Source: Fonticula alba ATCC 38817
Lineage: Eukaryota; Protista; Nucleariida
Reading direction: 5' to 3' (one strand)
DNA length: 64,000 nt
Assembly: GCA_000388065.2 (NCBI GenBank)
Contig: KB932202.1
Shown: positions 1-11,294 of the stretch, in pieces
How the letters are laid out: every line of letters starts with the position of its first letter
Position numbering within the stretch: position 1 is the first letter of the stretch
Position numbers and translations under genes: made by a program
The notes under the pieces: model-generated
Told to the model about the DNA's origin: nothing
What the model saw: the letters and a program-made list of their open reading frames with translations, nothing else
The model's database searches: none

Positions 1-82
1 CCTCGTTCCATCCCCCTTCCCCCCCCCCCCCCCCCCCCTCCCCGCCCCTCACTGTGTGCGCGCGCTAACCTCGCGCACACAG

Positions 83-2010
83 ACCACCATGCGCGAGTTC
101 GCTCGGCAGACCGTGTCCGTTCGCCGGCGCTACGGGGACTTCGTCTGGCTGGCGGCGCGCCTGCGCCATGCGCACCCGACTGCCATCCTCCCCCCCCTGC
201 CGGAGAAGAGCCGGCGCGCCTACCTCGACCGCATGCAGCCGGCCTTTGTCGAGCGCCGCCGGGCGGCCCTGCAGCGCTTTATGAACCGCTGCGCCTCGCA
301 CCCTGGCATCTGTACCTCGCAGTGGCTGCGTCTTTTCCTGGAGGCCCCGCGCGCCGTACGTCTCGTCGCTTTCCCTCCTCCGGCTTCTCGTCACAATGCG
401 ATCCCCCTCTGCGAGCACTTGCCATCTGCCCGTCCGACAACTCACCAACTTTCTGTGCGCACGCACCTGCCAATCCGCCCGCCCATCTATGTAGGAGCTG
501 GAGACCCGGATTCAAAGCTCTAAGATCCCTAAGGATGACATCTATGATGTGGTTCTCAACGGTACCTCCCCGATCACCCTCCTTCTCCTCCCCCTTCTCC
601 CCCTTCTCCTCTTTCTCCCCCTTCTCCTCTTTCTCCCCCTTCTCCCCTTTCTCCCCCTCCCTCTCCTTCTCTCCCTCCTCTTTCTCCCAGACGCGCCGGC
701 CGCGCACTGATCTCCCTCCGCCCCCCCCCCTTCCCACTTTCTCCCCCTCCCCCCTCCTCCTCACACACACATACATACACACGCACACACATTTTCCCTC
801 TCGTCCCGGACTCTAACCTCCCCAGTCCGTGACATCATCTACGATGTGCTAGCCCTCTCAAAGACCGAGAACCCCGACCCCCGGTTCGTGCCCCACCACG
901 AGTACCTTGCCGACCTGCAGCAGGCCCTCAGCAACCTGGAGAAGCTGTATTCCCGTCTGCAGAAGAAGCATCTGGACCTGGCGGCCGACCACTACGACTT
1001 CGGCTCCATCCTGACCCTGATGGCCGAGGAGGAGCGTGATGCTCCGCGCCCGGCCGGGGCCGACCTCGCTCCCGGCTCCTCGTCGTCCGGCCACCAGGAC
1101 AACACCCTCAGCTCCTTCTCGGCTGGGGCCGAGCCTCGTGAGCCTGGGACCTACTCGATCGGCAGCTTCCCGCCGGCTTCCGGCCCTGTGGCCGCCGCGG
1201 TTTTCCGCACCATGGCCGCGGCCGAGGAGGCCTTCTCCATCGTGCAGAAGGACTTTGTGGAGTATGTCGAGCGGAACTTCATCGAGCAGATCCACGACTA
1301 CATGCTTTACTGCTACACCATTCGCGATGTGCTGAAGTCCCGCGAGCAGCGCCAGATCGATATGGAGGAGCTGGCCGAAATCTCCCAGGAGCTGGCCGAC
1401 AAGTATGAGGAGCTCAAGAACCCGGATGCCCCGGCCAGCACCTCCAGCTGGCTTTCTTCCCTCTCGTGCGTTCCCCCCTCCCCCCCCATACCATGTGTGA
1501 TGTTCGCCAGACCCCCTGCCCCTGGCCATTCCCGGCTCCCTTCCCCGTGTGCGGCCACTGACATGCTCTTCCGATGTGGCCCCCCGCTTGTGCCAGTGGC
1601 GAGAGCAAGGAGACTCGTGCCACCAAGATCGGAGAAAAGCTCTCCCAGGTGCGTCTCTTCCCCCTGCATGCTCCTTTTCCATGCCGGCCATCCACGGCTC
1701 AGCTCTCCTTGCCCTGGGTGCCCGCTCGACTGACACATCCACACTGGCGCACGTGCACCCGCGCGTACCCCGCGCCCGCCCACAGGTCCAGCAGGAGGCG
1801 CAGACTGCCTCGGAGATCCACTCGCAGTTTGCGCAGCTGGCTCTGGTGGAGCTCGAGCAAATCGGCCTCCAGCGTAGCCAGGATTTCACTGCCCTCCTGC
1901 GCAACTATGTCCAGGCCCAGGTTTCGCTCCTGCGCTCTGGTCGCTCGATCTATGCCACGGCCCTGGAGAAGATCAAGGCCTACACCTCGGGCGACCTGCC
2001 CGCCGAGTGA
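83..2010 (+). CDS. Sorting nexin, PX-BAR type (SNX4/Atg24/SNX7-30-like); 5' end lies upstream of the window. Exons ~83-355, 495-561, 826-1465, 1597-1648, 1786-2010
   Basis: PX motifs VRRRYGDFVWL...HPTAILPPLPEK and RRAALQRFMNRCASHP...FLE, followed by a helical BAR-like region (LEKLYSRLQKKHLDLAADHYDFGSILTLMA; FIEQIHDYMLYCYTIRDVLKSR; QDFTALLRNYVQAQV). All four introns are GT-AG with consistent phases. Stop TGA at 2008-2010. Confidence 0.88.
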
Positions 2011-3092
2011 GCGACCCCGTCTCCGCCCTTCCCCCCCCCTCCCCATCCCTCTGATCTTTCCCATTTCCACCTTTTGCTGCTGGCGGATCTCCGGTGTGTT
2101 CCTGTCTTTCAGCCTGGCCGACCCCGACATCCCCGCTCCCCCCCCCCCCCCCCCCGCTCCCGATGTGCTCCTCTTTCCCTCGATACACCCTTTCCTTTTT
2201 TCTTCTTCCTTTTTGGGCGTGCCAGTGTCCTTTTCCGGCCATTTATTCTTGTTCTTGTGGCGGGCTCTCTGCGTGGGAATGAGAAGCCGTGTGGATGTGT
2301 GGATGTGCAGCCTTTCGTGCACATCCAGACATCTGCATGCGCACCACTGGTCGGGGGGGGGGGGGGGGGGGGGTAGCAGATTGCAGGGGGGTGGGGGCGG
2401 AGGGGGGGGGTGCCTGGGGGAGAGAGGGGGGGAGGGGGGGGGGGGGGGGCGGTATGAGCTTCTCAGGGAAGGGAGCGAGCACGGAAGTGCTCCTGCGAGC
2501 GAAGGGGCGGAAAGGGCGGGAGGGAATGGCGAAGCAGGCAAACACGTCCGGGATCTGGGGCTGTGTCGCGGCAGGCCGGTCAGACACCGGACCACGCACA
2601 TGCTCCTGGCAAGTCTCGCGGAACCGGCTCCTTGCCCTGCCCTTCTCCCCGCCGTGCCGTGTGGCACTTGTCTGCTTCCTCGCCGTGACAGCTCTCCGTG
2701 ATTCAGCTCACCCTCATGAATGCCTCCCTGTGACCCTGTCACACAATGTGGGCACGTGTCGGTCTTATTTTTTGCAATGGAGGGGAAAACCCAACTACAG
2801 AGCAGAGCAGAGCAGGGCAGGGCAGAGAGGAACGGCGGCCGGAAGGAGTGTTTCTCCATGAAACAGCCGCCCCACATCTCCGGACCCGTGCTGCTTCCTG
2901 TGCTCCCGTCCCCTGCCCCCCCCCCCTTGACCAGTTCTCTCTCGTAACACCGCCGACACAAACGTGGCCTGCGCTTTCCTGGTGGTATTCCGCAAGTGCA
3001 CATGGCGGCGCATGGGAGGGGAGGAGGGGGAGTGGGGGGAGGAGGGATGGGGCGAGGGGGGGCGGGGGCGTGCCGGGGGACGGAGAGGCTGC

Positions 3093-3619
3093 TTACCGTC
3101 CGAGCAGGCCCTCGTCGCCACGTTCGATGTGCACCACATAGGCATGGTCCTTGGGGAAGACCACGGTGTCACCATCCCGGAGCTCCAGGCGGTCGTCTCG
3201 GACAAGTACAAAGATAGCCGTCTGAGGTGGCGAGGGCTCGCGCACGGTCCACGACTGGGACAGCTGCCCCTGGCCGGTGACCGAGGAAAACTCCACCGGC
3301 GCGGGGTCCGGCGCGCCGCCCCACCACCACCAGTGTGCCGCGGCCGAGGCATTCGAGGGCGAGCTGAGGTCCGGCATGCCGATGGGGGGGCCGCCGTTTT
3401 GCCCGGCGGCCGCCACCTGGGCCGCAGCCGACTTGGCCCCGGCCACCACCGCGCTGCCCAGCATCCCGGCCGGGTTGGATGTCAACTGCGAATATGACCG
3501 CGGGTTGACCAGGGAGCTGCTGGAAGGCAATGACCGGTACACCTTGGTCGGGTTGGAGCCGAACAGGCGCAGGGTGACCTTTCGCCGGGGGAAGGACTCG
3601 AGCACAATCTCGGCTGACA

Positions 3620-3682
<63 letters not shown>

Positions 3683-5347
3683 TCCCATCCTGCGAGTGGT
3701 GGCGGCGGCCGAAGCCCCAAGAACGTACCATGCTTTCTGGAGCAGTGGATGTCATTGATCCAGAGGGCACAAATGTGGTGGTCACGCCCGCAAAAGAGCG
3801 AGCCTCCCTCCGACGGCAGGGTGACCATGTGCCGGGAGGCCTCGCCGTCGCTGCGCTGGGCATCGGCGTCGATGAGGGTGCTGGCGGCCCCGCCGGCGGT
3901 GCTGGAAATGGCCCCCGCCGGAGCGCCGGTCACCCCGGCCGCCGCGCCCGCAATCCCCGATGACCCGGGAGACGGCTGGACATACGGCGTGTTGAAGGCC
4001 AGTGGCAAGACCAAGCTGGCGTGCAGCTTGCCGGGATGCCCGAAAGGGCGCTGAATGCCGCCCCCGCGGGCGGTCAAATGCACCCCGCGCCGTAGACCCC
4101 CGGCCGGGAGGCTCCCAGCGGTGACGACGGTGGCGGCCGCCGTCGCGGCGGCGCCCGGCGAGGAAAGGACCCCGGGCCCGAGGCCCGACGTGTGGGCCGG
4201 CGGCGAGCCGCTTGAATCGACGAAGGCCAGCGGGATGGCGGCCGCTTGGTGGTAGGGGCCGCCGGGGCCGCTGCCGGACCCTCGAGAGCCGGCACTGGCC
4301 TCGGCCAGCAGGGACATGGTGGCCGGGTCCAGCGGCACCGGGTTCCCCGGCGGATACCACCACCACCACTGGCTGTCGGTGCCCGGGTGGAATGGCCCGT
4401 GGCCGGTGGCCCCGCCGGGGTCCTGGCCCGGCTGCTGGCGGGCGCCCCCCTCGACCCCGAGCTGGGTGGCCACCGCCGGGAGCAGCATCTCCTCGGCATT
4501 GGCCGCGGGCCAGAGCCCGGCGCCGGGGGCCGAAGCGGGCCCCCCCCCCGTGGTCGGGCGGGCGAAGTCCCCGGGCCCGGTGCCGGCGCCGGCCGCCGAC
4601 ACCGGCATCTCGAACTTCCCCTCGGCCAGGGGCGCCGGCATGCCGGTCGGCATGGTGTCCGTCAGGCGATCATTGGAGGAGCGGGCATCCTGATCGCTGG
4701 CCTCCCTTCCCTGGTCCTCCTGCGGGTAGAAGCCCTGCGAGTCGGGGCCGCCTGCCGGCCGGCGCATGTCCTCCTCCGAAGCGGAGTAGGGGAGGGTGGC
4801 CATGCCGGCCAGCTGATGGTGCGCGGCCGGCACCGTGGCCAGCAGGTCATCCTGCTCCGGGCCATCGAGCATGTCCACCTCTCGGGACCCCTCGGCTCCC
4901 CCTTGGCTGGGGGTGGCCGTGGCCATGGGGGCTGCTGAGTCATCGGCGGCCGGCAGGGCGTGCAGGTCGCCGGAGCTGCCCTCTTCCTGGCGCTCGGAGG
5001 CTGCCCCATCGGCCAGGGCATCCATCGAGTGGTCGGTCGAGTGCATCCGGTGCGCGGCCAGCAGGCGGCTGTCGGAGTGGTCATCATTGGCGGTCAGCTG
5101 CGACAGGGAGGACTCGGACTTGGGCCCGGCGCCGGCGCTGTCGTCGGACTGCTCGCCGGCCGCCGGGGGGGCGCCCCCGCGGGCAGCCGGCCGGGAGCCC
5201 GGCTTCGGCGACTCATGCACCCGAATGCAGGCCCCTTGGCCAGCCTGGCACATGGGCCCCCCGGTGGTGGCGCCTGCCGGGGGCGAAGCGTCCACCGGCC
5301 CGGGAGGGCGCTGTTGGTCGGGCACCAGGCCGGCTGACTGGTCTGGC

Positions 5348-5379
<32 letters not shown>

Positions 5380-5620
5380 CTCGGCCGGAGCATGCGGCCC
5401 GGTCTCGGCCGCGGCCAACGCGGGCGAGCTCCCCGCCCCCGGGGAAAAGGCCTGCACAGCCCCATACGGCGACGACTTGCTGAGCACACATCGCCTCAGG
5501 TACGTGTGCAGCGGATGGGAGATGGTCGGCACGGAGGTGGCGCACGGGGGCGGCGGGCCCGGCAGTGGGAAGGGAGCTGTTGAGTAGCCTCCAACAGGCG
5601 GCGACTGGTAGGGCAGCATG
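3093..5620 (-). CDS. Low-complexity protein with a C-terminal PNKP/aprataxin/APLF-type FHA domain; start and last exons uncertain
   Basis: Long open frame 5620-3729. Splicing the intron 3728-3614 gives GRDHHICALWINDIHCSRKH|AEIVLESFPRRKVTLRLFGSNPTKV...LELRDGDTVVF, matching the FHA GR...SRxH...GxNP...GD pattern. It ends at TAA 3093, or splices at GTAAGC 3096 to further small exons (in-phase candidate RKAQATFVSAVLRERT near 2990-2945). Confidence 0.65.
3620..3681. repeat. G62 homopolymer (C62 on the coding strand), forming the pyrimidine tract of an FHA-gene intron
   Basis: Directly visible; ends 5 nt before the AG acceptor at 3615-3614 on the minus strand. Confidence 0.9.
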
Positions 5621-5777
5621 GTATTCCGGCGGCGGGTGCACGCGGCGATGCACTTGCACAGGGGGATGGGCTTTGGACGAGGGGCTGCGGAGCAGCTTTC
5701 AAGAAGCCTGTGCCAGACGGACGGCCCAATCGAGTGAGCAGGGCGAAGTTGAGGGGAGGGGAGGGGAGGGGAGGGGA

Positions 5778-5856
5778 NNNNNNNNNNNNNNNNNNNNNNN
5801 NNNNNNNNNNNNNNNNNNNNNNNNNNNNNNNNNNNNNNNNNNNNNNNNNNNNNNNN
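5778..5856. other. Assembly gap (N). Other gaps: 37065-37242, 37970-38105, 45871-45965, 47095-47139, 55177-55209, 55766-55796
   Basis: N runs, several next to G/C homopolymers or (GGGGA)n. Confidence 1.
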
Positions 5857-8800
5857 GGTTTCTCTTCGCCGCGGCCTTCGTGCCGCGCCACAGGGGGGGG
5901 GGGGAAGGGCGCCCAGGTGGGGTTGACGCTCGAGCGTGAGGATGCGTCGGCGCGCGCACACTAAGAGCTATCCAACACGGGTCATGGGGTGGCCTGGGCG
6001 GAGACCAAGAGCTGAGGGGTGTTCAAAAAAAAAAGAGCCAAGTTAGAAGAGTGGAAAGGGTGCGCCGACGGATGAAGGGCGACGGCGCATAGGCGCCAGT
6101 GCCCGGCGGGGGAGGGGGGGACATGGCCCGACGGGTGGGTACCTGATGAAGGGGAGACACAAAGCACGATGCTTACAGATGGCCGAGGCGGGAAAGGGGT
6201 CTCTGGCTTGGCAGCGCGGGTGACTGATCGAATGGAAGGTGTCCGGGTACGGGGGCGGCAGGAGTCTTTCTCTTGTGACGAGCTCTAAGCAATGAGGCTG
6301 AGACGTGGTTGACGCTGAGGGGAGCTCTTGCACCGGAGGCGGAGCTTGGCTGTGGGCGCGGGAGTGCGTGGGCGCGAACGCGAGTGTGCTGGGGCCGTCT
6401 CAACCGGGGAGAAGGAGCCTGCTCTGTGAGTCCAAAAGCGGAAAAAGCACGATGTCGGGAGGGAGACCGGGGGGGGGGGGGGGGGGGCGACAAGCAAGGC
6501 AGTGGCCGGGGGTGTCAGTGTCCGTATGTGACAGGCGATTGGGATGCTCATGACATCAGCTTGCTCCAAGGCCGGCGGGGGCAGGACCCTGGTGAAGCAG
6601 ACCAGAAAGAGGGGATATCGAGGCAGGGGGGGGGGGGCTGGAGGGGACAGAGCGATGGTGCCAGGGAAGCGAAGGCAACAAGTTGGATGGCAAGTGGCCT
6701 CCTTGTCCCCGCTGGATCTGTCTTTACCAGGACAAGCAATCGGCCTTTCACCGCCGATGCTGAGGGTCGAGGGGAAATGCGAGGCCGTGACTCACACGCA
6801 AGGCAAGACAGGGGACCAGGGGATCGACAAGATCAGGCACAACCTCACCGAGCGTCTAGGCGCGGTCGAAGGAGGCAGTGGCGCGGAGGGGAGACGAAGT
6901 GGGGCAACAGAGAGTAGAGAGAAGGGAGCGGTCGAGCACGAGGAGGGGTGGGAGGAGAGGCGACAGATGGGGGGAGGGGAAAAGACCTGGGCTGGATCGA
7001 AACGAAGTGGTATACACGGAAGCGCAGGCTATTCGGCTGTGATGCAGTGTAAAAAAAATCGCCCACACGGGGGCCCAAGTCGACATCCCCAGCCTGTCCC
7101 ACCCGGAGAGAGGGCGACAGAGCGAGAGCAAGAGAGAGAGAGAGGGGGGGGGAGGGAGAGGGAGAGAGAGAGAGAGGACGAGCGAGACAGCCGGGGAAAG
7201 AAAGCACACGAGAGATGGCTGGGTGTATATCGGGGGGCTGTGGGCAGCACCCCAGTCAGACATGTCATCGGCGCAGAGGGTCTGCCTCGGACACGCGCAA
7301 GCTCCGGCTCGTGCCAAAGCATGCACGATCGGCGATGGAAGGTCTTTGGGGGCGATCGCCAAAGGGCCCAGTCCGGGCGGTGGACCGCCGTGAGATGTCA
7401 TCCGGACCTTCGGACCATAACGGCCCTGGAGATGATGGGCACATTGCCGGGCGGGGGGGGGGGGGGTGCAAAGTATACGTCCCAGCCCTCGGCGCTCCGG
7501 GGAGGGCCAGCCGTCGATCGAGGGGCACCAGCTTGGTGAAGCAGGCCCTCCGCCGTCAGCGTATCGTTTGCACAGACACACCCTCATGCCGCGTTGGCCT
7601 GTCTGTCCTGGACGGGACGCCGCGGCCCCCTGAGAGCGGGGATCCTCCTCGGCATTCCCCAGAGCCAGGGGGGGCGGGACGGCGAGTGGCCAGTAAAGCG
7701 ATGCACCGCCCCAGGGTTGTGGAGGGCGAGGGCGGGGGGGGGGGGGGGGCCGGAGACAGCAGCCGGCGGGGAGAGTGGGAGAAACAAGCACCGGGCGCGG
7801 GCGCCCCTGCTCGCGCGCCGCATGAGCGCCAGCACGCGCCGCATAGCAACGGCACCCCCTTCGACCGGGACGACAACCACCGCCGGGTCGGGGATGGCTC
7901 AGCGAGCCCGCGCCCGCCTCCGTGGCCGAGAGCAACAACAGGTATTAACACACCTGCTTGTTCCCACCCCGGGGGGGGGAGGGGGGGAGACAGGACGCCC
8001 TCGGTCGACCTCCCCCACAAGTCTACCTCCGCCGGATGGCGCCTGCGGCCGGTGTGTCACAGGCTCGGCAGATAGATCGGTCAGCTGCTGCCAGCGGTGG
8101 CCTTCTCCACCAGGCCGGGTGATGCATTTCCCGCCTCGATAAGGTCGCCGGGTCTTTGGGCATTACATCAGCTACGGTGCTGCCGCCTGGAGGCTGAGGT
8201 CGGGCGCGTGGAGAGGGAAGGGGGAGGGGCGCGCGGGAACGAGGGGCGAGGTCCAACTGACCCCCCGCCCCTACCCCCCAGCCCGGACCCCGGCGGTCTG
8301 CCAATGGAGCCCGGGGGATGTTCCCATCGGAAGGAGGCGTCCGGTTGTGGGTCTGGCTCCATCATCCGTGTGCGCCAGCCCGCCCGGCTTATCTCCCCGC
8401 CTGTGTGACGCCTGTGGGCTGGGGGGGGGGGGGGGGGGGGACCAGGGCGGTGAGGGAAAACCGGCTAGAACGAGGGACAAAGAAAGAGACTCATTGACTC
8501 AGCGTCTGAAACCCGGGGGGAGAGGGGGGGAGAAGAAAACCAAGGAGGGGCGGGCACCCACAGAGCGAACGCCCTCAACAACCCCCGCCCCCCCCCCCCC
8601 ATGGGGAGGATGTCGGGAGCAAATATTTTCCCCCCACCCCGTATATGTTGCACACGCGTGCGCACGTATGTGTGCGTGTGTGTTCACCACGGCGCCTTCA
8701 GACCGAGGGCGCCATCGAGGAGACCCGCCAGCATCCCACATGGCTGCATGTGGAGCAATTGAGCGCATGCATCTATTTGTTGTGGGATGGTCCTGATCAT

Positions 8801-10875
8801 GGGGCCTAGCCCATTGACCCGGCGTACGGCCCATCTCAAGGATGCTGGCACCGTAGTTGCTGGGGGGAAGCCGGAAAGCAGCGCTGACGAAGAGCCCACA
8901 GGGCCAGTGCATAAGGGCGTCCGGCCCTGGGCGATGCACCCAGGGGACACAGTCAAGCGGGGGAGAAGGTTGAAGGGACACACATGACGCACAGAGCATT
9001 CGAGCTCCTTGCTCGGCCCCGGGGGGAGGGGGGGGGGTCATGGAGGGGCGAGGAAGGGGCCGCCAAGGGGCCTGGGAGGGGATTACCGGTGGGGGGAATC
9101 CATCAACTGGTGGGGTACGCATGGTATGAAACCCCCGGAGGCCGGCCCGTACGTGGCCTCCAATGGCAACTCACGTAGCACACAGCACAGGCCCGCGCGC
9201 GCATTGGATTCGGCGATAATCTCCCCCGCACAGGTGTTCGTGCGGCATCCCCGGTTGCCGGGGGAAACCACACTTGAAGTCATTCCCACTCCCGGCCCCG
9301 CCATCCCCACGCCTGGGCCCGCCGGTCCGCCACCCCGCCCGCAGGCCTCCTGTGGGGCCGCCGGAAGAAGCATACCACGAGGTGAGCGAGGAACATCGCG
9401 CCGGCAGACAAAAAGGGTATCCCCACACCCGGCGGCCGCCGAACCCCCGCCCGCAGAAAGGTCCCACCCGGCGAGCCGAAATAACCCACACAATCGCCCC
9501 CGATGCGGTGTGCCCCCCTTTCCCCCTCCCCCACTCTCTGCAGGTTAGGCGCATGGCGCCGCGGTGGTGCGGAGCCCGGAGTTCCCCCGATCTCCTCCGC
9601 CGGCTCAGCCCGAAAAGGAGGGCAGACCATGGGCACGGCCACAGAGAGCCCACAACAGATCCCCCGGAGAACCGGAAGCCCCTCAACGAACCAACCCTCG
9701 GGGCCCCCCTGGTCTCCGGCTGCCGTCCGGCCCCGGCGCGTCGAGCCGGGCCGGGCCGGGCCGAGGAGGGGGAGGGGGCAGGAGAGAACGGCCGGCACTG
9801 CACCTCGAGGAAACCGGCCCGATCCAGCGGCAGCGCCCGGCTCGAAGAGAGAAAGGTATCTGTGTGCAGGGGGGGGGGGGGGGAAGAAAAAAAAAGAAAA
9901 AAACAAGTCCAGCGGAAACACATATCAAACAGTTGTGGACGCTCTCCAGCTCGCCTGTCCGACCGATCGGCGCCGCCAGCCAGGGTGTTCCTCCGGCCCC
10001 ACAATTCGCAGAATGTTGGACTCGGTATCTCAGTTACACGAGACTCGGTGTCACGTGCGGCGCTCCCTATAATCCATCGGATTATTATAGACCTGGGATG
10101 CTGTGCTTTGCTTGAAAAGGCGACCCACAAAAACAAGGGGCGGCGGGCCTTTTCAGTGCCTTCCCCGTGTTGTGCTCCGGCAGGGGACCTGGTTGGCCTG
10201 GGCATGCTTGTCCCTTCCCCCTTGCCCGCGGCCGCCCAGGACGACGCATCGCCGAATGCCGGTGGGTGCGCAATGTCCCCCCCCCCCCCCCCCGATGACC
10301 CGAGGTCGCTGCGCCCATCTCCCCCGGGCTTCTTCTGGCTCACGGCCAGCCAGCAGGGCGTAGGAGGGTGGGATCATTTTCATGGCTGGCGTGATGGAGA
10401 GACCACGACACACTGGGCTAGGCCGTGCGTCGAGGCCGCCATGGTGTTCACGGCCAAAGCACCCCCCCCCCCCCCGGGAGCATCCGCGCCTCACGGGAAA
10501 GCCCCCGCGCCGTTCGGAGCCCCGGGGCCCAGCCTCACCCGCCGGCTCCCATCCGTCTGCCGATCTGGTCGAGCGAGATCCCCCTGCCTGGAAGCCCGTC
10601 GCGAAGCCGGGACTTCGGCGCCCCGCCCTGAAGACGACCCACGCCGGCTGCCCCCAGCCGCGTCGAGCCCTGGCCTCCCGCCCCGTCCCCATCCCCCCGT
10701 CCCCATCCTCTGTGCCTCCCCTACCGCCACCCCGCTCCTCTCTCTTCCCTCCCCCCTCTCCGCTCCTGCCGCCCCCCTCTCTTCCTTTCTCTCTCTCTCT
10801 CTCCCCCCCTCCCCCCTCCCACTTCTCTTGCACCGGTGCCGGCGATTTGCCCCCCACCTTGATGCTTCTGCTCTC

Positions 10876-11262
10876 ATGACCGATACTCTGATCAACTCCA
10901 ACTTTCTGGGGCCCCTTTCCGGCGATGGCCGGCTTAATCTGACCCTGCTCCGGGTGCCTGTCCTGCCGGTGGCCGAGGCGCCCGATGGTGGTGCTGTCCC
11001 CGATGCCACCGCCGCCAAGGGGAAGCCACTCACCAAGGGTGCCGGGATGGCCTGGGCTTCGACCACCGGCAGCGCGGCCGCGCCAAGCACCCTGCCGTCG
11101 GCGGCGGCCGCCCCTCGGGATGCCGGTTCCGCCTCCTCTTTTCTGGACTTGTCTCGGGTGGACTTCTGTCTGGCCCCGGAGGACCGTGCCAGCCTGAGGG
11201 CCACGGCCTCGGAGGCCGGCGCCGCGACTCCAGCCCCCACCCGGGCAGCGCCTCCCAGCTTT

Positions 11263-11294
<32 letters not shown>

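Noticed and set aside
9231-9290. QVFVRHPRLPGETTLEVIP resembling the ubiquitin N-terminus
   Set aside because: The similarity covers only ~18 residues, the rest of the fold is absent, and the splice-phase-consistent frame here is a different one.
10019-10065. tRNA-like D-arm (TCTC-AGTTACAC-GAGA)
   Set aside because: There is no pairing anticodon stem, no TTC T-loop and no acceptor stem.
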